This document shows, piece after piece, positions 38,636-50,390 of a DNA stretch of 64,000 nt; within the stretch, counting starts at the first letter, position 1; each line of letters starts with the position of its first letter. The position numbers were made by a program, and so were the translations under genes. The stretch is from Hormiphora californensis (taxonomy: Eukaryota > Animalia > Ctenophora): contig CM035356.1 of assembly GCA_020137815.1 (NCBI GenBank), forward strand, positions 2,790,001 to 2,854,000, read 5' to 3'. Under the pieces are notes generated by a model. That model was not told the DNA's origin. It made no database searches and saw nothing but the letters and a program-made list of their open reading frames with translations.

Positions 38636-41512
38636 CCCCCGTGCCGCTGCGATACATCTAAAGGAGGGTTAGAACATCACACATAGAATGTGCATGTGGT
38701 GATGTTCAATCAGCTGTGTTAGGGCGAATCACTAACACTAAAAATATCATCTAGCCAACTTACAATATCAATAGGATTTAGGATTCAATACCTTACTCTC
38801 GTTTTTTAAGAAACGTTTTAGTAAGAAACTTTTTTATAAGAAACTTTTCAAATGTAAATCACACAATTCACAGACACCACAACAAAATAGAACACCCCTA
38901 ACTTGTTTAGTTTCTTGATAAAGGAGAAATTCTTTTTGTTTTTGGATTGCCTACACCTGTAGTTTCCTAGAAAAAAAGTTTCTTATTTAAAAGTTTCTTG
39001 AAATATACGAGCTTAATTAACGAGAGTAAGGTATATCTGAATATCTCTCAACCATATCCAGATCACTAACATCCCTATTTCCCCAGCAATCACAATCCCC
39101 TGTCTTCCTATAATTTACCCAATACTCCTATTTCCCCTTCCAGGAACCAGTAGATGGGGAGTTTAGGAGTGCTGAGATTTACAACTCCAATATCGGACAC
39201 CACCTCAGCTCTCTACACACCTTCCTGTCAGAGAAAATAGATACACTATCTGAGGTAACTTATTGCATTACATTGTCACCATTTCTTTTGTGTTTTTCTA
39301 GTTTGTACAAGCTAAAGAATTATAGGCAGTAGGTCTGTCACACATGCTAGTGGTCACCATCTCACCTTTCCTCTCTCTTGTCTCATGTCTTATGACAACT
39401 CACAACATCTCCCACTAGGCCGATAGAGAGGAGCTGGGTGCCCTGCCTTCTATTCTACTGAAACTAGACGATCTGTGTGAGAATATTCCGAGACATTCTT
39501 CATTCCTACCTGCTGCAGAGTCAGCCCAGGATAGGAGAAGGAAAACGGGAAGTCTACCAACCATCAGTATAAATGAAAATCAGAGGTAAAACACACATGA
39601 TACCCGGTGTTATGCTCCTTTTGTGCAGGCACGAGAGATCAGGAGAGAAAAAAGGGGCTAGACAGTATACATACAACGTACCCAAATAAAACTGTTGCCC
39701 TGATTTCTACTCTATTCCAGGCATGATCTAAAGATCAGATCCTACTCGAGCTGCAGAGAGAAGAGCACCAGTAATGAGAGTGGGGCGGCATCAGGTTACC
39801 ATGGTAACACATCCTCGTCACGGCAACCCCTTCCAGTGCGGACACCTCCTGAGGGGGAAACAGGTACATGGTGGTGTGTGGTGTTGTAGTTTCAGTGTTG
39901 GTTACGAAGGTGGGGTGTGTTGTAGTTTTAGTGATAGTTAGAACCTCGAGGAGCAAGGGCTTGGTAATTTAAATTACCCCTCTGATATTATTGCTCATAT
40001 GTATGCAATAAAAGGGGTGACTTCGTAACCAAAGCAAGGGCGTTCCCTCCACTGATGAAATGTGTCTCTAGATTTCCTGGGCGGGGTTTTCTGAGTGGGG
40101 GAGGGGAACTGCGTGGGTGGTCCTTATCAGGGGAAACAGTTTAGAGAGGGAGAGGGGGTCAATATTTTGGTCAAGCTGGTGCTACACAGCTTGAACATGG
40201 CCTCCTTCTATTTTTGAATTTCCCTTTGAACTTTTGTCTAAAATACAAAGAGAGCGAGAGGGGGAGGAGAGGGGATTTTAACTTTCCATATTTTATTGAG
40301 CAGTTCTTCATTTTGTCTACCTTTCTTCTCCTAGAAAGCAGTTAAATCTTTAAAAATAGAACCCCCCAACTCTACCAAAACCAGTTGTTCACTATAACAG
40401 CTCACCCAATATTTTCACAGAGTCTAAAGATAATAGTGGGGATGAGAGTGCACGGAGAAGGAGTCTGCCAGTTGTTCCTGAGGAGAGTATCCCATCCATA
40501 CCAGGAGGGTAAGTTGGTTATGAAATAACCCCTCTAATAAAGAAATCGCGACCTTCGCGCGCTGGCAAGGGAGGGGTAAATTCATTACCTGGAGGGTAAG
40601 AATATCTGTCCAGTTCCTAGCTGCCAGAGCATTGGCCTGATCCTATTCTCTTTTCTTTCACGGAGTGTGCGAGAACTGTGGTTAGAGCATTTGCCTGACA
40701 GCTTCCTAGATGTATCTCGGGAGCTGTCAGGCCAATCCTAGTCTTACTAACAATAATAAAGTTGAGATAACCCCTCTCATTGGAGAATGGAGATATCACT
40801 AAACATAGTGATACCTCGGTCCTCGACTAAATATAGACTGTACCAGCTAATAAACAAACACTCTGTTTCAGGAGGCAAATGTCAGATCCTACAAGCTACA
40901 CGGTATGTACAATGTGGTGATACTGTTTAAATCTTCGTCCCCCCCCCCATACCTTACCCCCTCCCACCACCACACCTCACCACCACACTCCCTCCCTCAC
41001 TCCAACTAATCCTCCTACTACCTCCCTCTCCCCAATCCCTAACTAATACAATACTCCCTCCCCTAACTAATACTCCTCCTCCCACAGGGTACACCTCACC
41101 GGCAGATACATCTCCAGAGACAATCAGCTACCTCCCTAGCAACAGGGGGTGATGTAGATGCAGCAGTACTGTCAGAAAAACTAACCGTCCTCCGTCACGC
41201 CATATCATCCTTCCTACTGACTCACATTGGAAGACGCCCCGACACCGATGTAAGAGTTATAATAATGATGTTAGAATCAGATGTCAGATGACTAAGAATG
41301 CTTTCAATCAATCTGGTAATTGTATCGTGATAATAGATATTACAGTCGGACCCCGATTCACCGGAACCCCGATTTACCGGTCAAAACGCTTTTACCCGAG
41401 CATCCGGTAAATTGGGGTCCGACTGTATTTGGATTGTACTAACACGAAGCATCTTCAGGATGAAATTATAGAAACCCTGAAAGATCTGAGCTTGGCTCTC
41501 TCCAGAACGTAA
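31259..41512 (+). CDS. PH-C2-RasGAP protein of the SynGAP/DAB2IP/RASAL2 subfamily; 5' exons unresolved; apparent 1-nt deletion at ~33535
   Basis: [19 protein letters not shown]...RWID (PH), [15 protein letters not shown]|FFAELFLDD...FWGEHF (C2), FRGNSIATK (arginine finger), [27 protein letters not shown]|[14 protein letters not shown]; further exons from 39143 to stop 41510-41512. Confidence 0.92.
32277..32430 (+). repeat. Tandem repeat of the 5' splice site (ACTG|GTAAGGGCC...) x ~6
   Basis: The unit contains the RasGAP exon end and GT donor. Confidence 0.9.
32930..33405 (+). repeat. 31-35 bp tandem repeat of the 3' splice site (GTACAATGACTAACACCCCCTCCCTCTGTAG) x ~14
   Basis: Each unit is GT...CTAAC...(Y)n...YAG; the last AG (33398-33399) is the in-frame RasGAP acceptor. 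Confidence 0.92.
35428..35480 (+). mobile_element. CTGTCAG micro-element, long form (53 bp)
   Basis: GCATATAT-[CTGTCAGAGCATTGGCCTGACCCATTCTCGTGGTCAGAGCATTGGCCTGACAG]-GCATATAT. Confidence 0.92.
35728..36769 (-). CDS. 173-aa secreted protein of unknown family, 4 exons (36769-36663, 36538-36365, 36105-36006, 35868-35728), nested antisense in a RasGAP intron
   Basis: All three GT-AG junctions are in phase and give an open frame [18 protein letters not shown] (signal-peptide-like)...[17 protein letters not shown]...FLELKCKF...FTSCDRATG...AAF*; shares motifs with 62335-63167. Confidence 0.8.
36994..37016 (-). mobile_element. CTGTCAG micro-element, 23-bp solo form
   Basis: TTGAACCA-[CTGTCAGGCCAATGCTCTGACAG]-TTGAACCA, perfect 8-bp TSD. 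Confidence 0.92.
37630..38300 (+). CDS. Signal peptide + F-type lectin/F5-8C-like domain, 2 exons (37630-37871, 38029-38300), nested in a RasGAP intron; 3' end unresolved
   Basis: [14 protein letters not shown]...[15 protein letters not shown]...WLKLKL...ISVVNR|[10 protein letters not shown]...VCG...FHC...[10 protein letters not shown]. Confidence 0.8.
38791..39031. mobile_element. TA-flanked MITE
   Basis: TA-CCTTACTCTCGTT...AACGAGAGTAAGG-TA. Confidence 0.7.
39961..40032. mobile_element. 72-bp TTGG...CCAA mini-element with 9-bp TSD (relatives at ~35169-35227 and 40514-40590)
   Basis: AGCAAGGGC-[TTGGTAATTTAAATTACCCCT...AGGGGTGACTTCGTAACCAA]-AGCAAGGGC. Confidence 0.8.
40621..40701 (+). mobile_element. 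CTGTCAG micro-element, long form (81 bp, diverged)
   Basis: GTTCCTAG-[CTGCCAGAGCATTGGCCTGATCC...GCGAGAACTGTGGTTAGAGCATTTGCCTGACAG]-CTTCCTAG (7/8 TSD). Confidence 0.85.
41343..41425. mobile_element. Tc1/mariner-pogo-type MITE
   Basis: TA-CAGTCGGACCCC...GGGGTCCGACTG-TA. Confidence 0.85.
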
Positions 41513-41943
41513 ACCAAGCTGCTGTCCTGAATAGTCAACACCTGAATCACTGATTTATCAATTGGTCCGTGCAGAGAGAACACTTCCCTCAATTATTTAT
41601 TTTTCGTGTTTTTCCTGTGGAGATGATGACTTTTGAATTTTGAGCCGATCAGCTCTTTAAATCTCGAGCCGTATATCATATGTAATTGCCTCTGTGTATT
41701 TTAATGTAAATTTATTCATTGATTCATTATCTGTTGGTGGACACTAGGATTGCGCCTTTGAACTCCTACCCTCCTACCGAGCTGCTCGAGAAAGGGTAGA
41801 GAGATCAGGGACGACCTGGCCCCACCTAGTGTTACATTGTTCTGAGCACATGAACTGTGTTAAAATCTGTTCGGAACTCTGTAACATTCATGCATGTGAT
41901 AAGTTATTTAACAAACACTGTATTGTAAATAGAATTCTTCTTT

Positions 41944-42010
<67 letters not shown>

Positions 42011-42072
42011 AGAGAGAGAATCTAGCGAGAGAGCTTCTGATCTCTCTCTCGTCTCATCTCTCTAAAGCTCTC

Positions 42073-42124
<52 letters not shown>

Positions 42125-43619
42125 CTCTCTCTCTCTCTCTCCTCTCTCTATCGCTCTCTTTTCTTTCCCTTTACAGTGAAAAAGGATAGAAAGTCAGAAT
42201 TTTTTAGTTGAACTGGTATTTGAATGTGTATTCCCGCGGTGCTAGAAGATATAGGGATATCATTTTCATCGGGGATGTGTAGATTTCCTTGTCATATGTA
42301 GTGTGTGTAACTGTGTAATATATTTCTTCATTTAATGAGACTCAAAATAACCGTATTTTATTGGGTACTAATATCTTGGAAAGATGTGTTTCCAAGACCT
42401 TTCCAGCGCAACTGCAGGATGAAGTCTCCCTCATCATGTGCACTTCGCATGGTTAACAGATGCCACTCGCGCGCACACCCCTACAGACGAACCGTTCGGT
42501 GTGCGCGCGTGCCGGTCAGAGATCACCTTTTTTAGAATCGGGAACCGGCCTGCTATCTTCAGCTCTCTGCTCTGAATCAACTCAGCATTATCATGGAATA
42601 TATTCGAAGATACACAAACATGTGTTTTGGGTAGTAAGGCTTGTTGAACCGCTCTTCCCCTGTCTGGCGTTGTCAGACCCCGTATTAATTCACAGTGCCC
42701 TCAGATCGGGTCAGCACCGCCATCCAGACAGCTCGTCCTCGGCCCCGCCTCGTTGAGACTGTTATACGAACGGTTCGAATCATTTACCTAGGAAAAACAT
42801 GTTAACACACTGATTTACTGTGACGTCAAGAAAAAGTTAAAGAAGCTATTGAAAAAAAAGATACACAAATATGCAGATATGCAGAGAAAACTGATTTAAC
42901 TGTTAAAATACAGCTCGAAAACGATTTAAAAGTCAGCAACTATAATCTTATTCGTACCTCGTATAATAATGTACAGTTTAGGAGAACAAGGTCTCACAAA
43001 AATCAGTTGGACAGTTGGTTCCTCAGAGATCGCTGAACAGGTTCAAATATTACAAATATGACCCTTGGTTGGTATAACGGTGGTAAACCTATAATCCCAG
43101 GCCATTCCCTTCTGGCTTCTCTGTACCCGGTTTGGGGTTTTGAGGTGTGAATGATGGCTAACTTAATGCTCCTCATAACAAGATGCTTTCCAAACAAAAC
43201 CGGGGTCCCGTTACAAATGGAAGGTAGGTAGTTGTGATATCTCGGGAAACATTTTGTACGAAAAAAAGAAACGTCAAGTTAATTTTGGTTAAAAATTTAA
43301 AAATCATGCTAATCGAAACAATATTCAATCATTGAAACAAATCCTAAATAATGCTCTATTTAATCTGGCGGTAGGTGGTCACCCACATATCGTCCGCGTT
43401 TTACATCCCTCAGCTCTCATTGATTTTGTTAAAATAAATATTTCACCAAAGCTAGGTAATTTGTACTGCCTCTGAGTTCAAAACTTAATACCCCTCGTCC
43501 CCTCACAAACTCTTTGCCTCAATAATTATTCTTCAAGTCTCATTTCCCTTCTACATACTAATGAGTTCTGTTATAGACCAGTGATTATGTTATTCCTATC
43601 TGTCATTCTCCCCATCATC

Positions 43620-43842
43620 ACATCAGTACAATTCCATCATCTGGGATACCGAGTCACATCAGAACAATTCCATCATCTGGGATACCGAGTCGTTTTTGTA
43701 ACAGATATGTATCTCTCATGGCAGTGCGGCGGGAGGCGGGTTTTCCCTGGGAGGGAATTAGCAATTGAAGGAGTGGAAACATAGTCCACCCGTGTGGTAC
43801 TAGGCCAGCCTTGGCTGAGAGAGAGAGAGAAAGAGAGAGAGG

Positions 43843-43899
<57 letters not shown>

Positions 43900-46800
43900 A
43901 AGAGAGAAGGAGAGAGAGAAGGAGAGAGAGATAGAGCCTAGAGAGAGAGAAAGATAGTAAAAATTAGCATGCAGGACAAGACAATGATGATTCAGAATTT
44001 ATTGACACACTCCCACACACACACACAACTGACACAGACAGACTGCCTGGAGTTAACGACTACTATTATACTGCATGACTGATATCTACACAATACGAAA
44101 AACAAGCTCATACCACCTGAATATTAAATTTGAATATTATTTTATTTCATTCATTATTTATTATTTTGTTTCAGTCAAACCTCGATTTAACGGATTTATC
44201 AAGGGAAGGATTTTTCCACGGTAAATCGAGTCGATTTCCTCAATCGGTGGAAATTTATCTGTCCGATAACTCGAGGTTTGACTGTGTACGCTCTAATTTA
44301 ATTCCCTACCGTTATATGGATCTCACTTCCCGTTAGCGCAGAGCAGAGCAACGAACATCTGATCCTTCTCCTTCAGTACTCTACTGGAGACTCTGTTGTT
44401 GCCATGGTCACTCCACAACTGGGATGACGTGGGTACTCCGAACCGTTGAGTTCCCTTCCAGGGCCGGGCGTTGGGTCCACGGAGCACAGGGACAGACACA
44501 CTTGTCCATTTGGTCGCACGCACATTGCATGTACTGAACACAACGTTAGGGACACGAGGAAACAATTAGGTGGAAGAGGGAGGCAAGATATTGGATAAAA
44601 TATGGTCTTCTTAGAATGTAGAAAGAATATTGAACATTTAGACCGCGAAAATAACTATGGATAGTGCTTTGTTGCAGGAGGATTGTAGCCTGTAGGACTC
44701 ATGACGTATAGTAAAACTAAAACGGATACTATCATGCGCAATAATAAATAAACGGGAGGGAAATATAATTCCCACTCTCCACTCTCCAGGCAGTTCTGTC
44801 ACACAAACACATCATAAACATGTTACACAATGTTACACAATGCCACACAATGTTACACGACATTTTACAACACATAACGTCATAACAGATACATGCAAAC
44901 CACCATGCTAGGCTACACGCCCTTCTATACCATACCCAGTTATACCCACCCAGCCCTGCTATTTGTACACTCACCCTGCTAGGACCCTGATGTTCGATCA
45001 ACACCTCGCTACCATGCACCGACACTGTCTTCTGCTTCTCTCCCTTACCCCCTGTCCTGATGGGTGGGGCTGATACAGGACGGGGACTGCCACCCTGGGG
45101 TGTTGGGGCAGGGGCTGTCGTGGGGGCTCTGTCTACCATCGTTCTAGTTTCACCTGGGGTAGGGAGAACATGTTAGTAGTAGCTGGTAATTGTGAAGTGG
45201 TAAATTAAGGTGGCTACAATTGTTGAAGGTTTGAAGTCAGTGAATTGCATGATCTACAGAGGGCCATATATAATCAACCTTTGAAAAGATCACTTTGAGC
45301 ACCAACCTGAAGGTGATTTGCTGGTTACCACCACTCGTCTGATCGGTTTAGCGGATGAAGCCCTGCGTGACTGTTTAAAGTTTCCTCTCGACTTGTTCAG
45401 GTAGGATGGAAACACGCTGTAAAAACATAAGGAAAGAAATTTAGCAGAGACGCAAAATACTCTAAAACTAGATATTTTCGCGCGACATTAATTTTCGCGG
45501 ATTGGCCTAGATTGGCTTCTGGTGGTCCCTGCAGGGCCCTGACGACTTCACCAGCGTACCAGGAGTCGCTGATGAAGGAGTAGTTCACTACTGGTACGCT
45601 GGTGAAGTCTTCAGGGACCACCAGAAGCCCTAGTCTAGGCCAATCCGCGAAAATTAATGCCCTCGAAAATATCTAGTTTTACAGTATTTGAATTGTAACT
45701 ATTTGAATTGTAAGAAAATAAGGGCTGGACCAGCCCCGCTGGTATCATGATCAGTGAGGCTGCAGTACGTCTATAAAGGACAGTATAAGGCTGCAAAGAA
45801 ATGAATGTAGTACTATAGAGGTCTCCTGGATCTATGAGAGGGTCCCGTGTGCTTGATCGGTGAGGGCACTTTGAAAGGATCACCGATTAGATCTATTGGT
45901 CACGTGATCAGGCCGGGGACAGTTCAAATTATTCACAAAGAAAGTCTAAAGTGCATGCTCAACCAATCAGAATTCAGATCTTAATATTATACTCTTATCC
46001 ACCCCATTCAAACTTCAAAGTTCAAACCTAGTCCCCTCAACTACCACGTCCACTAATTGTTATCTTCTAACAGGGTCGAACTAAACCAAACCACTACTAC
46101 AACACTAACACCTAGGTACAGGATCAGGAATTCACGTTCTGCCTGTCAGAGTCGAGCATTGGCCTGACAGCGTTCTACAAAACTCACGGTGTGTGGTTGT
46201 CAAGTTGGCGGTCCAAGACAGCACTCCGCTCCATGAAGTGAGTGGTACTCTGGGTCTGGGTATGTCGGGATCTCTCCACCCTCAGAATATGTTCCACCAT
46301 GTGACTCCAATCCTCTCCCTCTGACTAAAATATTACATTGTTATAATATTGGATGAAATACAGAATAGTGAACGAGCTGTGATGACTGATGATTGATATA
46401 TTTGATCGAGGATCATGATTCAACCGGAAGGAAGTGACAATCTGGTAATTTACCGTCATCGACTCTGTGAAAGCAGTCAGATTTTCCTCAAGACTTTTCC
46501 CGTTGACACCTGAAAGGTAGTGGTATGTAGCTGGATAATGTAAGATGTGCTCTAGGAACCGACCGAAACAAGTAAACAACCAATCAGAACTCGTTATTTA
46601 GGTCACGTGACTGGTTATCAGCCAATCAGGGACCAGTATTTCCTGATTCGGTCGGTTCCTGTTGTGCTCCCTTCTCTCCTGCTCTATTCTCTCACTTTCT
46701 CTGTTTGGTAAGGGGATACCACAGCATTGAAATTGAATAGCAAGTTGCTATAGCAACAAGATCGGGGAATTTAGTTTGGGGATTACGGCATATAGCACAT

Positions 46801-48527
46801 AGCAGAGAGACATGGTAAAAGAACAGATGTGGTTATTGGTGTGATTCGTGACTGTCGATCACTAGCACGTCACGAATCACACTGTTTTTTTTCTACGAAA
46901 AACTTGCTGAGTAACAACGAAAAACCACCTTATAAACTAAAAATATCTGTTATCCAATCCTTAACCCGTCGGGCCTACAACATCTGTTCTCCCCAACATC
47001 TCGAAGAGGAACTCGACACAGTCTACAACATCTGTCTCTGCAATGGATTTCCTCCCTACGAGATCTCCACTCTGATGTCTACTGTTCGGGACCGCCTTCT
47101 ACACCCCAAACCGTCCAAATCCCGTCCTCCTTCTTCCTTCGTCCACCGTGTAGTCCTACCCTATCACCCGGACCTCTCCTCTCGACTCAAACGGACCCTC
47201 AACCGCTACAACATAGACGTCAAATTCTCTTCCTCTTCTACCCTACGGAACATCCTCACCCAGACCAAATCTTCGCCTCCTTCTGATAGTACTCCCAACT
47301 CCATCTACTCCATTCCCTGCCGCGACTGCCCAGCTTTCTACGTTGGCCAGACCAAGCGACCAGTTAAAACTCGGATTAAGGAGCACGAATCAAACTTCTA
47401 CAACAACTCTCTCTACAACACCGATGGGAAGATGAAATCTGCTCCTGCTATCCACGCTCGGGAATCTGGACACACCATGGACTGGAATTCTACCTCTATT
47501 CTCTCCTCTTCTTCCTCCTGCCTCAGTCTAAATCTACTGGAACAAGCGGCCATTCACACTCTTCAACCGGCGATTAACCGAACAGATAAAGTTCCTACTG
47601 TCAACCTCCAATGGACTCACCTTCTCCCCAGGATTGCTAACTCTTTCAAACCCCGTCCTTCTGGCATCTCCATCAAACCTAGATCTCCCAAACCTGTTTC
47701 CTAATTCTCTTCAGCTCGGATCACCTCTTCTCCCTTCCCGTGGATCACCTCCCCCATCCCCTCCTCTCGGATCGCATCTTCCTTCTCGGATCTCATCCCT
47801 TCCTCTCTCCTCCCCTCCCCGGATCCCATATCCTCTTCTCCACTACATAAACACTTTCATTTTCATTGTTGTTATAGCTGAAGACGTCTGACATAGATCA
47901 GTCGAAAGCTCCTGTTCTTAATTGAATATTAGTACTGCAAAATCGTTGTTTCTCTTTAATTAAAAATATCACGTAAAGTCGAATTTTTTATTTAAGCGAC
48001 AGGCCGCCGCGCATTCAAAGAGGTCGCGCGGCGTTGTATTTGTGCGTGATAATCGAGATCGAGTTCCTGGCAATCTTAAGACTTGAACCCGGAAGCGTTG
48101 GAAAGATAATTTCAAGACCTTTCCAACGCAACCAAAATCAATTCTTTATCTAATCAGGAACCGGAGATATGAGCGAAAAGGTTTCTCAAATTGTCACGCG
48201 CAAATACAACGCCGCGCGACTTCTTTGAATGCGCGGCGGCCTGTCGCTTAAATAAAAAATTCGACTTTATATTGCATATAAAAAGATCAAAGATCTCTCA
48301 CCGATGATGGCAGCTACATCAGACATGGCCGCCCTATCACCCATCCATGCCCTCTTGACAAGGAACGCCAGAAACTCCATCTGCTCTCTCATCTTAAGTA
48401 CCTCCTGCTGGCTCCGTAACAGGGCATCACGGAGAGTCTCTACCTCTGTGAAGTGAGCCGGCCGTGGCTGACTGGAGTCTGTATAGAGCTGGGAACGAGG
48501 GCCTCGAACTAACGGCATCCTAAACAT
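43620..48527 (-). CDS. Uncharacterised multi-exon protein (copy B); 3' exons fall in error-rich sequence
   Basis: Exon-1 protein identical to copy A from MFRMPLV; exons 2-4 conserved. Confidence 0.65.
45460..45684. mobile_element. TA-flanked MITE with a second inverted-repeat element nested inside; absent from copy A
   Basis: TAAAACTAGATATTTTCG...CGAAAATATCTAGTTTTA outer arms; inner GGCTTCTGGTGGTCCCTG...CAGGGACCACCAGAAGCC. Confidence 0.75.
46143..46170 (+). mobile_element. CTGTCAG micro-element, 28-bp near-solo form; empty site in duplicate copy A (~11377-11384)
   Basis: CGTTCTGC-[CTGTCAGAGTCGAGCATTGGCCTGACAG]-CGTTCTAC; copy A has a single CGTTCTGC. Confidence 0.88.
46553..46661. mobile_element. 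hAT-like MITE (~109 bp); absent from copy A
   Basis: TIR (T/C)AGGAACCGACCGAA; 8-bp TSD ATGTGCTC/TTGTGCTC. Confidence 0.75.
46948..47960 (+). mobile_element. 5'-truncated Penelope-like retroelement (RT thumb/linker + GIY-YIG endonuclease, stop at 47704)
   Basis: SLTRRAYNICS...EEELD...NGFP, LPY, SIYSIPCRDCPAFYVGQTKR...RIKEH, E...I...P.IN; 10-bp TSD TAAAAATATC (46938-46947/47961-47970); empty site in copy A at 12181. Confidence 0.93.
47874..47915 (+). ncRNA. Minimal type I hammerhead ribozyme in the Penelope 3' pLTR
   Basis: ATAG-CTGAAGA-[CGTCTGA cataga TCAGTCG]-GAAA-GC-TC-CTGT: catalytic core, stem II, palindromic mini stem III, short stem I. Confidence 0.75.
47976..48267. mobile_element. TA-flanked AAGTC-terminus MITE with ~75-bp TIRs; absent from copy A
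   Basis: AAGTCGAATTTTTTATTTAAGCGACAGGCCGCCGCGCATTCAAAGA... and its reverse complement. Confidence 0.9.
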
Positions 48528-48743
48528 AGTTGGGAGATTAATCTTTAATAACAAAATCAGCAAAAATATATTCCGATCTGAAAGTTTAGAAATCAAAATA
48601 TTTGACACATGTACACAGATTTTATCTCAAGTCACAGAAGGCATAAACTACGATATCAGATATTCAAAAGTAAAAATTCAAAAAATGTTAACAACGGCCC
48701 ACTTTTTACTTAAAACCATATGTATTTTTAATTTTTTAAGGAT

Positions 48744-49331
48744 TTATAGTAAATTACATCGGCACTTTTTCTTTTTGTCTTTTTTGGTTGCTCGGTATTG
48801 ACCGCTTAATTTAATTGCTTCTTCGAAAACCTCGGTAACTCCAATGTCATCTTTAGACGAACACTCCATATAGCAGGCTGCTCCAATCTTTTTTGCCATC
48901 TGACAACCCTCCTTAAAACTCAGACTGTTCTCATCCCTCAAGTCCACCTTTGAGCCCACCAAAATTACAGGAACATCCGGGTCATGATGTTTCAGCTTTG
49001 GCCACCAATGCGATTTAATTTCTTCCAACCGGTCTCTTTGGTTGACAGCATTAAGCAAAATATAAACATCAGTTTGGGGGTAATACAGAGGTCCTCTCCA
49101 GTCATCCTCTGCACAACTTGTATCCCATCCAAGAACATTGTACATTTTACCCTCACACTCTACAACTTGAGAATCATGATCGACCACAGTTGGAACATAT
49201 ATTTCGGGAAATGCCTTTCTGAAGAATCGAATCAGCATGCAGGATTTACCCATGGTACCGAAACCGATTACAACAAATCTTAGGGATAAACACTCTGGAT
49301 TAGCCACCGGATAAAACGTATCGTCTTCCAT
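48744..49331 (-). CDS. Intronless atypical Rho-family GTPase (copy B, intact, 195 aa)
   Basis: G1 GFGTMGKS, YVPTV, G3 WDTSCAED, YPQTDV, G4 SKVD, G5 CSS, polybasic tail plus CNLL. Confidence 0.93.
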   Translation of the reverse strand: MEDDTFYPVANPECLSLRFVVIGFGTMGKSCMLIRFFRKAFPEIYVPTVVDHDSQVVECEGKMYNVLGWDTSCAEDDWRGPLYYPQTDVYILLNAVNQRDRLEEIKSHWWPKLKHHDPDVPVILVGSKVDLRDENSLSFKEGCQMAKKIGAACYMECSSKDDIGVTEVFEEAIKLSGQYRATKKDKKKKCRCNLL

Positions 49332-49739
49332 TGTTTACTAAATGTAAATTATGCTTTTAATATACCACTCACAAAAATGTTGTCCCTTGTTCTGGGCAAG
49401 TAGCTCATTTCTCAATCCACTAAAAATAATATTTTGTAAAATGATTCGTACCGATGCTGTACCAGCGTCAAATTGAATGTGTCCAGTGCAGGGACAAGGT
49501 TTTTCACTGCGGACAGGGATAATCCGGAAAAGTTTGGGAAATTCCGTCAAAAATGAGAAAACTGGTTATGAGGTTGAATTTTAATCTTTTTTACAACGCG
49601 CGGCTTAAATTTGCAGCGTTTTTGATATTTTTACTCGCGCGTTCCATTTTGTTTGAAATTTGGCGTCGCAGTTGAACGAACTAATTAATTCTGAGCTGAG
49701 CTTGAGCTGTGAAAAGGGGGCCGGGGGTGACCACTTCAA

Positions 49740-50316
49740 TTGGAATGCGCTGCAGCCCCCTCATGCGCGCACCCCCGCAACGAGGGGACTGGAGGGAATG
49801 CCGCGCGCGCGTTTGGCCTGAGCCCGGCTGGGTCGAAAATAACTTTGCGGTCGAAAAAACGGCGGTGCTTATAACTTTGGCCCCTGAAGTCCGTTTTGCT
49901 TGATTCTTTCACTAGCTGTTAGATCTGACAATTATCTACCTTGCTGTTTTTGAGAGAAGTTAATTGGACTTGAGGAGGCTGAGCAATAGCCGTTCAAAGA
50001 TTGGTTGTTTTCAAAAAGTGACGTCACAGGTCCCTGCAGGGATACTTTGTTTCAAATTTGAATTAAAATCTCGAATTTTTTTATTTTACCGCACTCGATT
50101 TTGCGGAGTTTGGTTCATATCTCCTGTTCCTGATAAGATAGAGACCTGAAACCGGTTGCATTTGAAAGCTGTTATCTTCCTCTTTCCAACGCTACCAAAA
50201 CGATTTCTGTACCTTATCTGGAACCGGAGATATGATTGATTACGTATTCCCCCCTAGCGCGGTATTCCCTCCAGGCCCCTTATATTATATTATAAGGGGC
50301 CTGCAACGTATGCCAA
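49740..50316. mobile_element. 577-bp non-autonomous element, TTGG...CCAA ends, 9-bp TSD (Mutator-like), 74 bp upstream of the Mael-2 ATG
   Basis: CCACTTCAA-[TTGGAATGCGCTGCAGCCCC...GGGCCTGCAACGTATGCCAA]-CCACTTCAA; absent from copy A. Confidence 0.85.
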
Positions 50317-50390
50317 CCACTTCAAAAAGTCCGGACGTTCGAGCGTTTGGTTTTGTCGCTTTCCGTTGTTTAACAGTTTCTTTGTCCAAG

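Noticed and set aside
42885-45240. Apparent rapid decay or pseudogenisation of the 3' half of the copy-B uncharacterised gene
   Set aside because: Differences are dominated by scattered 1-2 nt indels that stop abruptly at ~45290, consistent with unpolished sequence.
46829-46947. N-terminal extension of the 291-aa GIY-YIG ORF suggesting a host-TE fusion gene
   Set aside because: This part is antisense intron sequence outside the TSD, has no ATG, and is open by chance.
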